64,000 nt of DNA from a virus. Taxonomy: Duplodnaviria > Caudoviricetes. The notes under the pieces are model-generated. The model made no database searches and was not told where the DNA came from. It was given only the letters and a program-made list of their open reading frames with translations. This document shows positions 26,267 through 36,694 of this stretch, piece by piece (the stretch's first letter is position 1; each line of letters begins with the position of its first letter). Location of the stretch: positions 5,927 to 69,926 of IMG/VR virus record IMGVR_UViG_3300010052_000170, one strand, 5' to 3'. Position numbers and translations under genes: made by a program.

Positions 26267-26707
26267 GTGACGCTCACTGACAAGCAGCAGCGCTTCGTCG
26301 CGGAATACCTCGTCGATCTGAATGCTACTCAGGCTGCGATACGCGCTGGGTATGCCGCGAAGACAGCCAACCGCGAAGGTTCTCGCCTGCTGTCAAATGT
26401 AGACATCGCCGAAGCGATCGCTGCTGGAGCACAAAAGCGTATCCAGCGAGCCGAGGTGAGCGCTCAGGACGTTATCGACGGCCTCTATAGGGAGGCGACG
26501 CGGGAAGGCGAAGGATCGTCTCACGGGGCGCGTGTGTCTGCTTGGGGGCTGCTCGGGAAATACCACAAACTGTTCACCGACCGGATCGAGGCAGAGGTGT
26601 CGGGCGATATCACGGTGACAGATGCAAGGACCAAGCTTCAATCTCTCCTCGCTCGCCAGCCTGCCGGAACTGCAGCGAAACGCGATCCTGGCGGGGCTGA
26701 CGGATAG
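26267..26707 (+). CDS. terS: Terminase small subunit
   Basis: LTDKQQRFVAEYLVDLNATQAAIRAGY..KTA...GSRLLS...LLGKYHKLFTD. Confidence 0.92.
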   Translation: MTLTDKQQRFVAEYLVDLNATQAAIRAGYAAKTANREGSRLLSNVDIAEAIAAGAQKRIQRAEVSAQDVIDGLYREATREGEGSSHGARVSAWGLLGKYHKLFTDRIEAEVSGDITVTDARTKLQSLLARQPAGTAAKRDPGGADG

Positions 26708-27965
26708 AGAATGTCAGGCTCTCCTGCACGACTGGGGATTTCTCGCCAGGCCCGAGCAGCTTGAGCCTGAAGGGGATTGGCAGACCTGGATGATCCTCGC
26801 CGGCCGTGGCTTCGGTAAGACCAGAACCGGTGCGGAGTGGACGAGACAGCAGGTGAGGGCGGGGGCAACTCGGCTTCATCTCATTGCGCCGACAGCATCG
26901 GATGCCCGAGACGTCATGGTGGAGGGGGAAAGCGGTCTTCTCGCCGTCTGTTGGTCTGGCGACAAGACGTATGCCGGTGAGCCTATTGGCCGTCCATCCT
27001 ACGAACCGTCAAAGCGCCGCGTGACGTGGGCGAATGGGGCGGTGGCGACACTCTTCTCTGCAGAGGAACCGGAACGCCTCCGCGGGCCACAGGCAGAAGC
27101 GATGTGGTGCGATGAGTTAGCGGCGTGGAAATATCTGCGCGAGACCTGGGATATGGCCATGTTCGGCCTGCGTCTCGGGGATCGGCCGCGGACGTGCATT
27201 ACGACCACGCCGAAACCGTTGAAGATCCTGCGCGAGATCATGCAGGACAAGCTCACGGTGGTGACGCGAGGCTCTACCTTCGCAAACTCTGCCAATCTCG
27301 CGCCGACCTTCCTGAAGGCGATCAGGGACAAATACGAAGGCACCCGGCTCGGCCGGCAGGAAATTGAAGCCGAGGTCATGGAAGAGGCCGAGGGCGCGCT
27401 ATGGAGCCGCGCCATGGTCGAAGCGGCGTTGTGGAAGGGCAGCCTTCCCGAAATGAAGCGGATCGTTGTGGCGGTCGATCCTGCCATCACGGCCAAAGAG
27501 GAAAGCGCCGAGAGTGGCATCATTGCAGCTGGGCTGGGGCGCGACGATCGTGGGTACGTCCTTCAGGACGCCTCGGGCCGCATGTCACCCGGCAAATGGG
27601 CGGCAACAGCGGTGAAACTCTACCACGACTTAAAAGCTGATCGAATCGTCGCCGAAGGCAACCAGGGCGGTGATCTGGTCAAACATGCGATCCACACGAT
27701 CGACGCAACCGTGCCAGTCACCATCGTGCATGCTTCGCGTGGCAAAGCAGCTCGAGCCGAGCCTGTGGCCGCGCTCTACGAACAGGGCAAGGTCAGCCAT
27801 GTCAAAGGTCTGGCTGATCTGGAAGACCAGATGGTGAATTGGGAGCCTCTGTCGGGGATGCCGTCGCCTGATCGCCTTGACGCTGCGGTGTGGGCTCTGA
27901 CCGCTCTGATGCTGACCCAAGTTGTGCCGACTGCCTATGTCGGAACGTATCAAACCTCACGGTAG
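26622..27965 (+). CDS. terL: Terminase large subunit
   Basis: AGRGFGKT (Walker A), LRGPQ..AMWCDE (Walker B), VAVDPA, SPDRLDAAVWA; exact start uncertain. Confidence 0.95.
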   Translation: MQGPSFNLSSLASLPELQRNAILAGLTDRECQALLHDWGFLARPEQLEPEGDWQTWMILAGRGFGKTRTGAEWTRQQVRAGATRLHLIAPTASDARDVMVEGESGLLAVCWSGDKTYAGEPIGRPSYEPSKRRVTWANGAVATLFSAEEPERLRGPQAEAMWCDELAAWKYLRETWDMAMFGLRLGDRPRTCITTTPKPLKILREIMQDKLTVVTRGSTFANSANLAPTFLKAIRDKYEGTRLGRQEIEAEVMEEAEGALWSRAMVEAALWKGSLPEMKRIVVAVDPAITAKEESAESGIIAAGLGRDDRGYVLQDASGRMSPGKWAATAVKLYHDLKADRIVAEGNQGGDLVKHAIHTIDATVPVTIVHASRGKAARAEPVAALYEQGKVSHVKGLADLEDQMVNWEPLSGMPSPDRLDAAVWALTALMLTQVVPTAYVGTYQTSR

Positions 27966-27967
27966 CC

Positions 27968-29497
27968 ATGGCACTCGAACCGAAGAACGATCCGTCGAAT
28001 CCATCGGCGGACTACACGGCTATGGCGCCAGATTGGCAGATGATCGCCGATATCCGGGCGGGTGCGCGCCGGGTGAAGGAGAAGGGCGAACTCTATCTGC
28101 CACGGTACGAGAACGAGGCGGTCAAGGCCTACAAAAAGCGGCTGGAAGCTACGCCATGGCGGCCTGAGTTCGTCGACGCGCTGCGCAACCTTTGCTCCAA
28201 ACCCTTCACTAAGGCCGTGGCGCTACAGGGAAATGTGCCCGACCCGATCAAAGAGATCGCCGAAGACATCGACGGAGAGGGCAACGACCTTCACAGCTTC
28301 GCCCGTTCCCAGTTCGTGGAAGGCGTGGCGGCCGGTGTTGTCGGCATCTACGTCACATATCCAGACGCTGAGCCTGCCAAGACGGTGGCCGAGGAGAAGA
28401 AAGCGGGCACGCGGCCTTACTGGGTGCCGCTCCTGGCTGAGAACATCTTGGCGCTCTACACGGTCAAGGTGAACGGGCGCGATCTGGTTCAACACATCCG
28501 TCTCAGGGAATGCCATGTCGAGCGCGACGGGTACGCCGAGAAGGAAGCGGAGCGGGTCCGCGTCATCGACATCGCTGCGCCAGGCACATACCCGGCATGG
28601 GAACTGTTCGAGAAGCAGATCGACCCGACGACAAAGGACGTAACGTGGATCTCGGTTGGGCATGGCACGATCACCCTCGACCTGATCCCGATCGTCCTGT
28701 TCTTCACCGGGGAGCGTTCCGGCATCTACCGGGTGAAGCCGCCGCTGATCGACTTGGCCGTGATGCAGATGGAGATTTACCGCGCGCTCAGCCGCGAGGA
28801 TGAAATCCTGACGTTTGCCGGTTCCCCCATGCTCAAGGCGAAGGGGATGAACCCGCCGGCGCCCAGCACGGCTCCTATCATCGTCGACGGCAGGGAACGG
28901 TTGGTGGAGACCCCAGCGCCGCAGGTGACTGTCGGCCCGAAGACGGTGCTTTTTGCTCCACCTGGCGCGGAAGGTGTCCAGCCCGATTGGGATTTCATCC
29001 AGCCGGACGCGGCCAATATCACTGCCGTGTCCGAGAACGTGGACAACAAGATCGAGCATTTCCGCCACCTCGCACTCCAGCCGGCAACGCGAAAGTCGGG
29101 AAACCTCGTGGCTACGGCCTCAGCGATCGATGCCGCCAAGGCGCACAGCGCTGTCGAGGTCTGGGCGAACGGGCTGAAGGACGTGCTGGAACAGGCTTTC
29201 GTCTTCACGTGCATGTGGCTGAAGCTCGCTGCCACGGTCGAGGTCTCGGTCCACACCGACTTCGGTATCGATGCCGGCGGCGGTGACGAGACCAAGAACC
29301 TGCTGGACGCTCGGAAAAACGGCGACCTGTCTCAGCGCACGCTGTGGGACGAGATGCAGCGCCGGGGTACGCTCGGGCCTCAGTTCGATCCAGAGGTGGA
29401 AGAGCAACGTCTGCTGGAAGAGGTACCGGGCGACGACAGCCAAGAAGATATCGAGAGCGCGACAACACCGCCTCGCAAGCCGGCCAACGCTGCCTGA
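27968..29497 (+). CDS. Portal protein (DUF4055-like)
   Basis: GELYLPRY..E...YKKRL; IAEDIDGEGNDLH; PPLIDLA; position after terL. Confidence 0.85.
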   Translation: MALEPKNDPSNPSADYTAMAPDWQMIADIRAGARRVKEKGELYLPRYENEAVKAYKKRLEATPWRPEFVDALRNLCSKPFTKAVALQGNVPDPIKEIAEDIDGEGNDLHSFARSQFVEGVAAGVVGIYVTYPDAEPAKTVAEEKKAGTRPYWVPLLAENILALYTVKVNGRDLVQHIRLRECHVERDGYAEKEAERVRVIDIAAPGTYPAWELFEKQIDPTTKDVTWISVGHGTITLDLIPIVLFFTGERSGIYRVKPPLIDLAVMQMEIYRALSREDEILTFAGSPMLKAKGMNPPAPSTAPIIVDGRERLVETPAPQVTVGPKTVLFAPPGAEGVQPDWDFIQPDAANITAVSENVDNKIEHFRHLALQPATRKSGNLVATASAIDAAKAHSAVEVWANGLKDVLEQAFVFTCMWLKLAATVEVSVHTDFGIDAGGGDETKNLLDARKNGDLSQRTLWDEMQRRGTLGPQFDPEVEEQRLLEEVPGDDSQEDIESATTPPRKPANAA

Positions 29498-29543
29498 CCA
29501 AAACTGAGCCGGCAGTATCCGGCGAACCCCGAAAGGAAACCAC

Positions 29544-29975
29544 ATGCGCTTGATCCGAAGCTTTGCCTTCGGCTGCCTCGCCATGCTCGCGGCAGTTGTC
29601 CTTGTACTCGCGTCCCCAATCATCGCAGTGCTGGCCGCAGCCGCCCCGCTGGTAGGCCTCCGACGATACTCCATGCACGATGCAGCATCGGCAAACATCC
29701 AGGCGGTGGGTTTCAGCTTGCAGATCGGTGCTTCGATCTGGGGAATGGCGCCGCTGAGTTGGTGGACACCGGGCCGAGGGGTCGACAAGCGATCCAAGTG
29801 GCCGTCGTGCTTGCAGGTTCGGATCATGCCGGCGGACCACAATGCTGGAACGCGGCCGGCTTTCAGCGTCTCCGTTGGTTCGATGCGTTTCGCTCTTCGA
29901 ATTCCCAGCGGCGGCCACATCTATCGCCCCGAAGAACTCGGCTGGTCATTCTGGCATCGCTCCATGCGCTGCTAG
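29544..29975 (+). CDS. Hypothetical protein with N-terminal hydrophobic segment
   Basis: GAAAGGA RBS; signal/TM-like N-terminus. Confidence 0.5.
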   Translation: MRLIRSFAFGCLAMLAAVVLVLASPIIAVLAAAAPLVGLRRYSMHDAASANIQAVGFSLQIGASIWGMAPLSWWTPGRGVDKRSKWPSCLQVRIMPADHNAGTRPAFSVSVGSMRFALRIPSGGHIYRPEELGWSFWHRSMRC

Positions 29976-30082
29976 CCGTCCACCCAATTCAGAACTGACT
30001 GTTTTGCCTGCCCGGCGGATGTCTGGCGGGTGTTTCAGCGCGGATGCGCCATAGCCGGGCGGATGCCCAGAAAGACCACCAG

Positions 30083-30883
30083 ATGAAACTGAAACTCGTG
30101 ACTGTCGAAGGGAAGACCTACGCCGAGGTGCAGGACGGCAAGCCCGTCTTCGTCCATGACGACGGCAAGGAGGTCGCATTCGATGCCGTCGGTACCGTCG
30201 CCACGATCACAAGGCTTAATGGTGAAGCGAAGACACACCGCGAAGCCAAGGAAGCGGCCGAGACCAAGCTGAAGGCGTTCGAAGGAATCGAGGACGGTGA
30301 AGCGGCGAAGGCTGCCCTGGAAACGGTGAAGAACCTCGATGCTGGCAAGCTGATGGAAGCCGGCAAGGTCGAAGAACTGAAGGCGGGGATCAAGAAGGCC
30401 GCCGAGGAATCCGTCGCAGCCGCGAACAAGGCCAACGCTGAAGCGCTCGCCGCGGAGAAGGCCCGCGGAGACAAGCTCGAGGCCGCGCTCAATATCGAAA
30501 TGATCGGCGGCAGGTTCTCGCACTCGAAGTACGTCGACGACAAGCTCGTCCTGCCGGGTCCAGCCGCTCAGAAGGTATTCGGGGAATACTTCAAGATCGA
30601 GGACGGCAAAGTGCTTGCCTACGACACTGCCGGCAACAAGCTGTTTTCACGGGCGAAGCCTGGCGAGGTCGCCGATTTCGACGAAGCACTTGAGATCCTG
30701 GTCGATGCCTATCCCTACAAGGACAGCATCCTGAAGGGCACTGGCCACAAGGGCGACGGCGCGCGCACCAGCCAAGGGAATGGCCAGGGCGGCGGCAAGA
30801 CCATGACGCGGCAGGCATTTGAAGCGCTCGATCCGACTTCCCGGGCCGCGAAGATCAAAGAGGGCTACACCCTCACCGAATAG
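30083..30883 (+). CDS. Capsid scaffolding protein (DUF6651-like)
   Basis: MKLK.V.VEGKTYAEVQDGKPV...ITRLNGEAK.HRE; ADFDEALEILVDAYPYKDSIL; upstream of the capsid. Confidence 0.8.
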   Translation: MKLKLVTVEGKTYAEVQDGKPVFVHDDGKEVAFDAVGTVATITRLNGEAKTHREAKEAAETKLKAFEGIEDGEAAKAALETVKNLDAGKLMEAGKVEELKAGIKKAAEESVAAANKANAEALAAEKARGDKLEAALNIEMIGGRFSHSKYVDDKLVLPGPAAQKVFGEYFKIEDGKVLAYDTAGNKLFSRAKPGEVADFDEALEILVDAYPYKDSILKGTGHKGDGARTSQGNGQGGGKTMTRQAFEALDPTSRAAKIKEGYTLTE

Positions 30884-30990
30884 CGCCTCCTCGGCGTTGT
30901 GACTGCCCCACGCGGATGCGGGACGGGGCGACGGGGCTGGATGGCCCAACATCCCCAAACCTCAATCCCACAATCTGAAAGGCAATCATC

Positions 30991-32154
30991 ATGAGCAACA
31001 CGCTCACCGGTCTCATTCCGACCATCTACAATGCGCTGGACGTGGTTTCCCGCGAACTGGTCGGCTTCATCCCCGCGGTGTCTTCGGACATGACCTATGC
31101 CCGTGCCGCAGTCGGTCAGACCGTCATGTCTCCCGTCACCTCGTCTGCCACTGCCAGTGACATCACGCCGGCCGTGACGCCGCCGAACGACGGTGACCAG
31201 ACAATCGGCAATGTGCCGATGACGATCACCAAGGCTCGTCGCGTGCCGATCCGCTGGAACGGCGAGGAAAAGCTCGGCCTGGACAACAACGGCGCCAGCT
31301 ACAACGTCATCCTCTCCAACCAGTTTCAGCAGGGCATGCGTACCCTGGTGAATGAGGTTGAGGCGGACCTTGCCGCTCTGCACACCAAAGCCTCGCGTGC
31401 TTATGGCACGCCGGGGACTGCACCGTTCGGCACCGCTGCAGACCTGAGCGATTCCGCCGGCGCCCTCCGCATCCTGGAGGAGAATGGCGCGCAGGGCCTC
31501 GACTTCCAGCTCGTGCTCGGCACTGCTGCCATGGCCAATCTGCGCGGCAAGCAGTCGGTGCTGTTCAAGGTGAACGAAGCCGGCCGTGAGGACATGCTTC
31601 GCAACGGCATCACCGATCGCCTGCAAAACCTTGCCCTGCGCCAGTCGGCCCAGATCAAGAACTTCACGGCTGGTTCCGGTGCCGCTGCCACCACCAACGC
31701 AGTTGGTTACGCAGTCGGCGCTACGGCTATCACTCTGGCTTCGGCGGGCACCGGCACGATGCTCGCAGGCGATGTGATCAGCTTTGCGGGTGACCCCAAC
31801 AAGTACCTCGTGGTTGTCGGCGATACCGACGTGTCGAACGGCGGCGTCATCACTATCGCCGCTCCTGGCCTGCTGAAGGCCATCCCGGCGGCTGCGACGG
31901 CTGTCACAGTGTCGGCGACCAGCGCGCGCAACATGTTCTTCGCTCGCTCTGCCATCAGTCTGGCAACTCGCGCTCCGGCCCTCCCTCCGCAGGGTGACTC
32001 GGCCATCGATCGTACGATCGTGACCGACATTCTCACGGGTCTGAGCTTCGAAGTGTCGATGTACGCCCAATATCGCCAGATGCAGTTCGAAGTTGCGCTG
32101 GCATGGGGCTGCGCCGCCGTGAAGCCGGAACACATCGGCCTCCTGCTCGGCTAA
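30991..32154 (+). CDS. Major capsid protein (P22-coat-like)
   Basis: MSNTLTGLIPTIYNALDVVSRELVGFIPAV...EVALAWGCAAVKPEHIGLLLG. Confidence 0.9.
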   Translation: MSNTLTGLIPTIYNALDVVSRELVGFIPAVSSDMTYARAAVGQTVMSPVTSSATASDITPAVTPPNDGDQTIGNVPMTITKARRVPIRWNGEEKLGLDNNGASYNVILSNQFQQGMRTLVNEVEADLAALHTKASRAYGTPGTAPFGTAADLSDSAGALRILEENGAQGLDFQLVLGTAAMANLRGKQSVLFKVNEAGREDMLRNGITDRLQNLALRQSAQIKNFTAGSGAAATTNAVGYAVGATAITLASAGTGTMLAGDVISFAGDPNKYLVVVGDTDVSNGGVITIAAPGLLKAIPAAATAVTVSATSARNMFFARSAISLATRAPALPPQGDSAIDRTIVTDILTGLSFEVSMYAQYRQMQFEVALAWGCAAVKPEHIGLLLG

Positions 32155-32217
32155 CGGCTCGATATTCCAACGGGCGTGCTTCGGCGCGCCCGCTCCCTTT
32201 CAATGAGGATCAAAGAC

Positions 32218-32499
32218 ATGAAAACGATCAAGGTGAAGCCTTGGGGCGAGGATCAAGGTGTCTTCGTGCTGATCAACGAAGAAGACTTCGACGCATCCGC
32301 GCATGAGCTTTTCGACGTGCAGGGTGCGTCTGCCGAGAAGATCGATCTCGGCACCGATAGCGGCGAGCAGTTCAGCGACGAACAGCTCCGCGGCGCAATT
32401 GAGGCCGCCACTGGTCAGCGACCCCACCACTTTACCGGCCGTGACAAGCTGATTGCCCAGTTCAACGAACTGAACGCCAAGGCTGCCGCCGGGGAATGA
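32218..32499 (+). CDS. Head-associated hypothetical protein
   Basis: VLINEEDFD...HELF motif; directly after the capsid gene. Confidence 0.65.
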   Translation: MKTIKVKPWGEDQGVFVLINEEDFDASAHELFDVQGASAEKIDLGTDSGEQFSDEQLRGAIEAATGQRPHHFTGRDKLIAQFNELNAKAAAGE

Positions 32500-32786
32500 G
32501 CAACATCGTCAGCCTCCGCCCAGCCAAACACGGTGAAGGTGACGGCCCCCATCTGTCCGGTGACTTCGTTTGCGGTGCTTGCGATCACGAATGGACCGGC
32601 GTTGCACCTGTAGGCATCACCCATGCCGAATGCCCGAAGTGCCATCGCTTCTGGGGCTCGGCGAAGCATGCGGTTGAGCCGAAGCAGTCGTGGCGCTGCA
32701 ATTGTGGCGAGTTTCTATTCTGGCTGACGCCCAATGGCGCGATGTGCAGGCGCTGCGGGGTCATCTCTTGTGATTGGGCGGAATGA
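32496..32786 (+). CDS. Zn-finger hypothetical protein
   Basis: CGAC, CPKC, CNCG, CRRC. Confidence 0.65.
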   Translation: MSNIVSLRPAKHGEGDGPHLSGDFVCGACDHEWTGVAPVGITHAECPKCHRFWGSAKHAVEPKQSWRCNCGEFLFWLTPNGAMCRRCGVISCDWAE

Positions 32787-32789
32787 CCA

Positions 32790-33317
32790 ATGGCGCTTAT
32801 CGTCGAGGATGGCTCCGGCCTAGCCAATGCAGAAAGCTACGTGAGCGTGTCCGATTGCGCTGCCTATGCAACGGCGCGAGATCTGGCCTTCGCAACCGCG
32901 CCGGCCGAGAAGGCCGAGGCCGCGCTACGTAGGGCAACGGCCTACATCGACAACACCTATCGAATCCGCTTCCCGGGCCAGCGGAAGAAGTTCCGCCTGC
33001 AGGCTCTGGAATGGCCGCGTGTCGGCGTAGTCGACATGAACGGCTTCCCGGTCACGAGCGATGAAGTGCCGATTGAAGTCATCCGCGCTACCTGCGAAGC
33101 GGCTGTGCGCGAACTGGCCAGCCCTGGAAGCCTCAATCCCGACGTCACTCCTGGCAAGGTCAAGAAGCGCGCCAAGGTTGGTGAGATCGAGGTGGAGTAT
33201 GCCGTCGGCGCTGGCGGCGCTGCCAGCCAGCAACCGATTTCGTCTGTCATCGACGGCATCCTCGCCGCACTGATCGGAATTGCGCAGCCGTTCACAGCAA
33301 TGGCGGTGCGGGGATAG
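32790..33317 (+). CDS. Head-tail adaptor (DnaT-like family)
   Basis: MALIVEDGSGLANAESYVSV...ALRRAT.YID...QALEWPR...VP.EV..ATCEAA. Confidence 0.8.
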   Translation: MALIVEDGSGLANAESYVSVSDCAAYATARDLAFATAPAEKAEAALRRATAYIDNTYRIRFPGQRKKFRLQALEWPRVGVVDMNGFPVTSDEVPIEVIRATCEAAVRELASPGSLNPDVTPGKVKKRAKVGEIEVEYAVGAGGAASQQPISSVIDGILAALIGIAQPFTAMAVRG

Positions 33318-33337
33318 GCGCGACTGAGCCGCCAACC

Positions 33338-33634
33338 CTAATTGCAGTAAGTTACCATCTGCCCGCAGAAGGGTTTGTAGGCGCCCAGTCGGTTCCCCCA
33401 GTTCACAATTTGGCGCACTTGTGCTGGATCTACCCCGAGGCAAGATGCGACGATCGATTGTATCTGGGCTTGGTTTCCAGCAGTTCTTTGGCTACTTGTT
33501 GCTATGTGGGGGAAACCATTCTGAGTGTTCCCCGTATCTGCAACCCAGTAGCCTGTGAAAGAAGTGCACTGAGATTGTGCATTGGAGCTGGTAGTCAAGA
33601 ATAGGGCAACCCCTGCCGTTATGGCAACTTTGAG
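33338..33634 (-). CDS. Secreted small protein moron (4 Cys)
   Basis: Signal peptide MLKVAITAGVALFLTTSSNA. Confidence 0.6.
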   Translation of the reverse strand, partial: LKVAITAGVALFLTTSSNAQSQCTSFTGYWVADTGNTQNGFPHIATSSQRTAGNQAQIQSIVASCLGVDPAQVRQIVNWGNRLGAYKPFCGQMVTYCN

Positions 33635-33712
33635 CATCTTAATCCCCCGGATGTGACGGTGAATACTGTGACTCTTTTTCGGGCCGGAGTCGATTCTCTG
33701 AAGGTGAATAGT

Positions 33713-34078
33713 ATGGAAGGCGCGAAACTCTACGACGAACTGCGCGGCGTCGCTGACGATCTGCTTGGCGAATTCCGGCAAGGCTCAGTCCTACTCAAGC
33801 GCGTCACCACCGTGCCAGGCCCGAACGAATGGGACACGCCGACGGAAACGACAGAAACGTGGGAACTGAAGGCGGCGGTGCGGCGTGTCCACCAGCGCTA
33901 TGAGAATGGGGTGCTGATCGTGCAGACGGGAGACATCGTGACGTTCGCAGTTCCGCCTGTAGAGCCCGCGATCACCGATTATCTCGTCATCGACGGCAGG
34001 GTATGCGCCATCACGAGCCCGGTGAAGATACCAGGAGCCGGCACTGTTGTTGCGTGGAAGGTGTTCTGTGCGGCTTAG
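33713..34078 (+). CDS. Head closure/stopper protein
   Basis: YDELRGVADDLLGEFRQG.V.L; neck-gene position. Confidence 0.7.
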   Translation: MEGAKLYDELRGVADDLLGEFRQGSVLLKRVTTVPGPNEWDTPTETTETWELKAAVRRVHQRYENGVLIVQTGDIVTFAVPPVEPAITDYLVIDGRVCAITSPVKIPGAGTVVAWKVFCAA

Positions 34079-34287
34079 GGGTTGCGGGCTAGCCACGACT
34101 GGAAGAAATGCGTGAGAACGGCTGCGGCGTCAGCGTTGTCGGTACCGTTCAGCTGAGTGATGGCCGCCTTGATCGCTACGGCTGATTGAGCTTCAGGAAG
34201 CGCACCAGACGCGTTCAGGGCTTCAATAAGTCTAGCCAACAAGACCACAGTAGCCATGTTGACCGATTCATTCGTGAATGTAGGCAT
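34075..34287 (-). CDS. Small hypothetical moron
   Basis: 70 aa, antisense. Confidence 0.45.
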   Translation of the reverse strand: MPTFTNESVNMATVVLLARLIEALNASGALPEAQSAVAIKAAITQLNGTDNADAAAVLTHFFQSWLARNP

Positions 34288-34301
34288 GAGAATCTCCCGC
34301 T

Positions 34302-35339
34302 ATGCTCAAACGCCTATCACCCCGCGAGCGCTTCGAACAGCTTGTCGCGACATGGGAGCCGTTGCTTCGCGCCGCCTTTATGGAAGCAATCGACGACATC
34401 CGGTCGAACATCGTGTTGCGGCGGATTGTAGAGCGGCTGGAGCGACAGGACATCGCCGGTGCTATCCGAGCCCTCAACCTTGATGAAGCCGCGTTCCGGC
34501 CGCTGGAAGAGGCGATCCGGCAGGCATTCAACGGCGGAGGTGTTGCAGCGGTCGAGCAGATGCCGGTGCTGCGCGACCCGGAGGGCCATCAAATCGTGGT
34601 GCGCTGGGATGCGCGCAACTTGGCCGCCGAGAACTGGATGCGCGACCACAGCGCAACGCTGGTGACGAACATCGTCGAGGATCAGAAGGTCGCGATCCGA
34701 TCGGCGCTGGAAGAGGGCCTTCGCCGCGGCGACAATCCAACAAAGACGGCGCTGTGGGTCGCGGGGCGCGTAAACAGGGTCACAGGGAAGCGCGAGGGCG
34801 GCATTGTCGGCTTAACCGCGCAACAGAGCCAATATGTGGCCAGCGCACGCCAGGAACTGCTGTCCGGCGATGTGGCTGCCATGCGGAACTATCTGGACCG
34901 CGGTAGGCGGGATAAGCGCTTCGACCGAACTGTGTTGAAGGCGTTGAAGGAAGACAAGCCGCTCCCGGCCGAGACAGTCGACAGGATCGTGACTCGTTAT
35001 GCCGATGGATTGCTGAAGCTCCGCGCCGATACGATCGCGCTGAACGAGACGTTCGAGGCTCTGGCCAGTGCCAAGGAAATCGCTTTCCGCCAGCAGATCG
35101 ACAAGGGCAGGGTGCAAGCTCAGGCGGTGACGAAGACATGGCGGAGGTCGCCGAGCGAGCATCCCAGGCTGCAGCACACCGCAATGCACGGCCAGAAGGT
35201 GCAGTTCGATCAGCCATTCACCGCCCCCGATGGAACGCCGATCCCGTACCCGCATGCTCCTGGTGTCCCGGCGAGGCATACACTCGGTTGTAAATGTTTT
35301 GCGGAGTATAAGATCGATTTCGTGGCTGAACTGGTCTGA
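34302..35339 (+). CDS. Head morphogenesis / minor capsid protein (MuF-like)
   Basis: RDKRFDRTV, RADTIALNET, TKTWR, HPRLQHTAMHGQ, YPH.PG...HTLGCKC. Confidence 0.8.
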   Translation: MLKRLSPRERFEQLVATWEPLLRAAFMEAIDDIRSNIVLRRIVERLERQDIAGAIRALNLDEAAFRPLEEAIRQAFNGGGVAAVEQMPVLRDPEGHQIVVRWDARNLAAENWMRDHSATLVTNIVEDQKVAIRSALEEGLRRGDNPTKTALWVAGRVNRVTGKREGGIVGLTAQQSQYVASARQELLSGDVAAMRNYLDRGRRDKRFDRTVLKALKEDKPLPAETVDRIVTRYADGLLKLRADTIALNETFEALASAKEIAFRQQIDKGRVQAQAVTKTWRRSPSEHPRLQHTAMHGQKVQFDQPFTAPDGTPIPYPHAPGVPARHTLGCKCFAEYKIDFVAELV

Positions 35340-35341
35340 TC

Positions 35342-35629
35342 TTGCGGGAGTTGGACGTGCTTTGGGTGGTGACTGCAATAATCGCGGGTGCAGTGCTCGC
35401 GTTCCCGCCTAAGTTCTATTCGATCTGGCTCACTCGCCGGAAGCCCGAGGTCGAGGTCAAACCAGTTCCATACGCTGGGCCGAATAGCATGCTCACCACC
35501 TTCGCGATCCTTAAAGAACATGCCAAGCGGGGCGATGTTTGGGCCCAACGGATGCACACTTCTCTGGTGCTTTCGACTTTGACGCCCTTCGTCGCCATTC
35601 TTTGCATCGTTTTCCTCGTACGCGGCTGA
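35342..35629 (+). CDS. Small 2-TM membrane protein
   Basis: Hydrophobic N- and C-terminal helices. Confidence 0.55.
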   Translation: MRELDVLWVVTAIIAGAVLAFPPKFYSIWLTRRKPEVEVKPVPYAGPNSMLTTFAILKEHAKRGDVWAQRMHTSLVLSTLTPFVAILCIVFLVRG

Positions 35630-35655
35630 CCAGCTTCTCGATCGGATGAAGATCC

Positions 35656-36069
35656 ATGGCTTCGTTTGCTGCCCAGGTCGGATCGTGGGCAACCAAAGTT
35701 GAGGGCGCAATCGAGGCGGTATTCAAGGAGAGCGCTCAGGAACTGGTGAGCCAGTTGAACGAGCTCGTGCCGGTCGACACAGGCTTTCTCCGCGCCTCTC
35801 TGATGGCGTCCACCACGGCAATGCCACAGATGACCAGAGCGAACCCAGGCGTGCCGGTGTCGCAGGATCTCGGCGACATAGTCCTGGTAATCGCAGGTGC
35901 CGAAATCGGAGATACCATTTTCCTAGGCTACACCAGCAATTACGCCGGGCATGTACATTTCGGAACGCAAGGGCGCGCACCTCGGCCATGGGTGACGATG
36001 GTGGCGCAGCGGTGGATTGCGATCGTCGAGGCCAAGGCCGCAGAAGTGAAAGCCAGATTGGGGCTGTGA
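35656..36069 (+). CDS. HK97 gp10-like tail completion protein
   Basis: VPVDTGFLRASL...YAGHVHFGT...PRPWV. Confidence 0.8.
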   Translation: MASFAAQVGSWATKVEGAIEAVFKESAQELVSQLNELVPVDTGFLRASLMASTTAMPQMTRANPGVPVSQDLGDIVLVIAGAEIGDTIFLGYTSNYAGHVHFGTQGRAPRPWVTMVAQRWIAIVEAKAAEVKARLGL

Positions 36070-36280
36070 TGCCTAGCCAGCGCTACGCGGCGAGATGAAC
36101 AGGAACAGGAAGCGCAGCCCATCGAGCTGAAAGTAGTAGAAAACCACCGCCGCTAGGATCAGGAAAACAAGCACCTTCACCCATCGCCAATAGCGGGGCC
36201 GACTAGGAGGGGGTGGTTCGACTGATTGAGCCATTCCAGCAATCTACACATTCCGCCGACTGCGCCAATCGAGGCTTTGC

Positions 36281-36694
36281 ATGCCATCCATCGAAACATC
36301 GATCTGGCTCGCTCTAAAGGCGAGGGGGGAGACACTTGTGCTATCGCCCGCGCTACCAATCGCCTGGCCGAACCTGAGCTTCACCAAGCCGGCGACGGGC
36401 TATTTGCGCGTCACCCACGTGCCGAACATGAACCGGCGGCTGTTCATTGGATCAACCGGTCCGCATCAGCGTCTTGGCCTCCTGCAGATCGACGTGTTGG
36501 GCAAGAAAAACGAGAACATAGCTGTTGCGGTTGAGGTGGCGGGGAAGGTCGCGGCGCACTTCCCAACCGATCTCCGGATGCGCTACGGCGACGTCACAGT
36601 TCGCGTCACCGCCGCGCCGACAGTCGCCCAGCCCATGGATGACGACACCCACGTCCTGGTGCCGGTGACGGTGCCCTATGAATGCTTCGCCTAG
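36281..36694 (+). CDS. Tail terminator protein
   Basis: IAWPN..F.KP...YLRVTHVPN...GLLQIDV...VTVPYE; precedes the tail tube. Confidence 0.75.
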   Translation: MPSIETSIWLALKARGETLVLSPALPIAWPNLSFTKPATGYLRVTHVPNMNRRLFIGSTGPHQRLGLLQIDVLGKKNENIAVAVEVAGKVAAHFPTDLRMRYGDVTVRVTAAPTVAQPMDDDTHVLVPVTVPYECFA

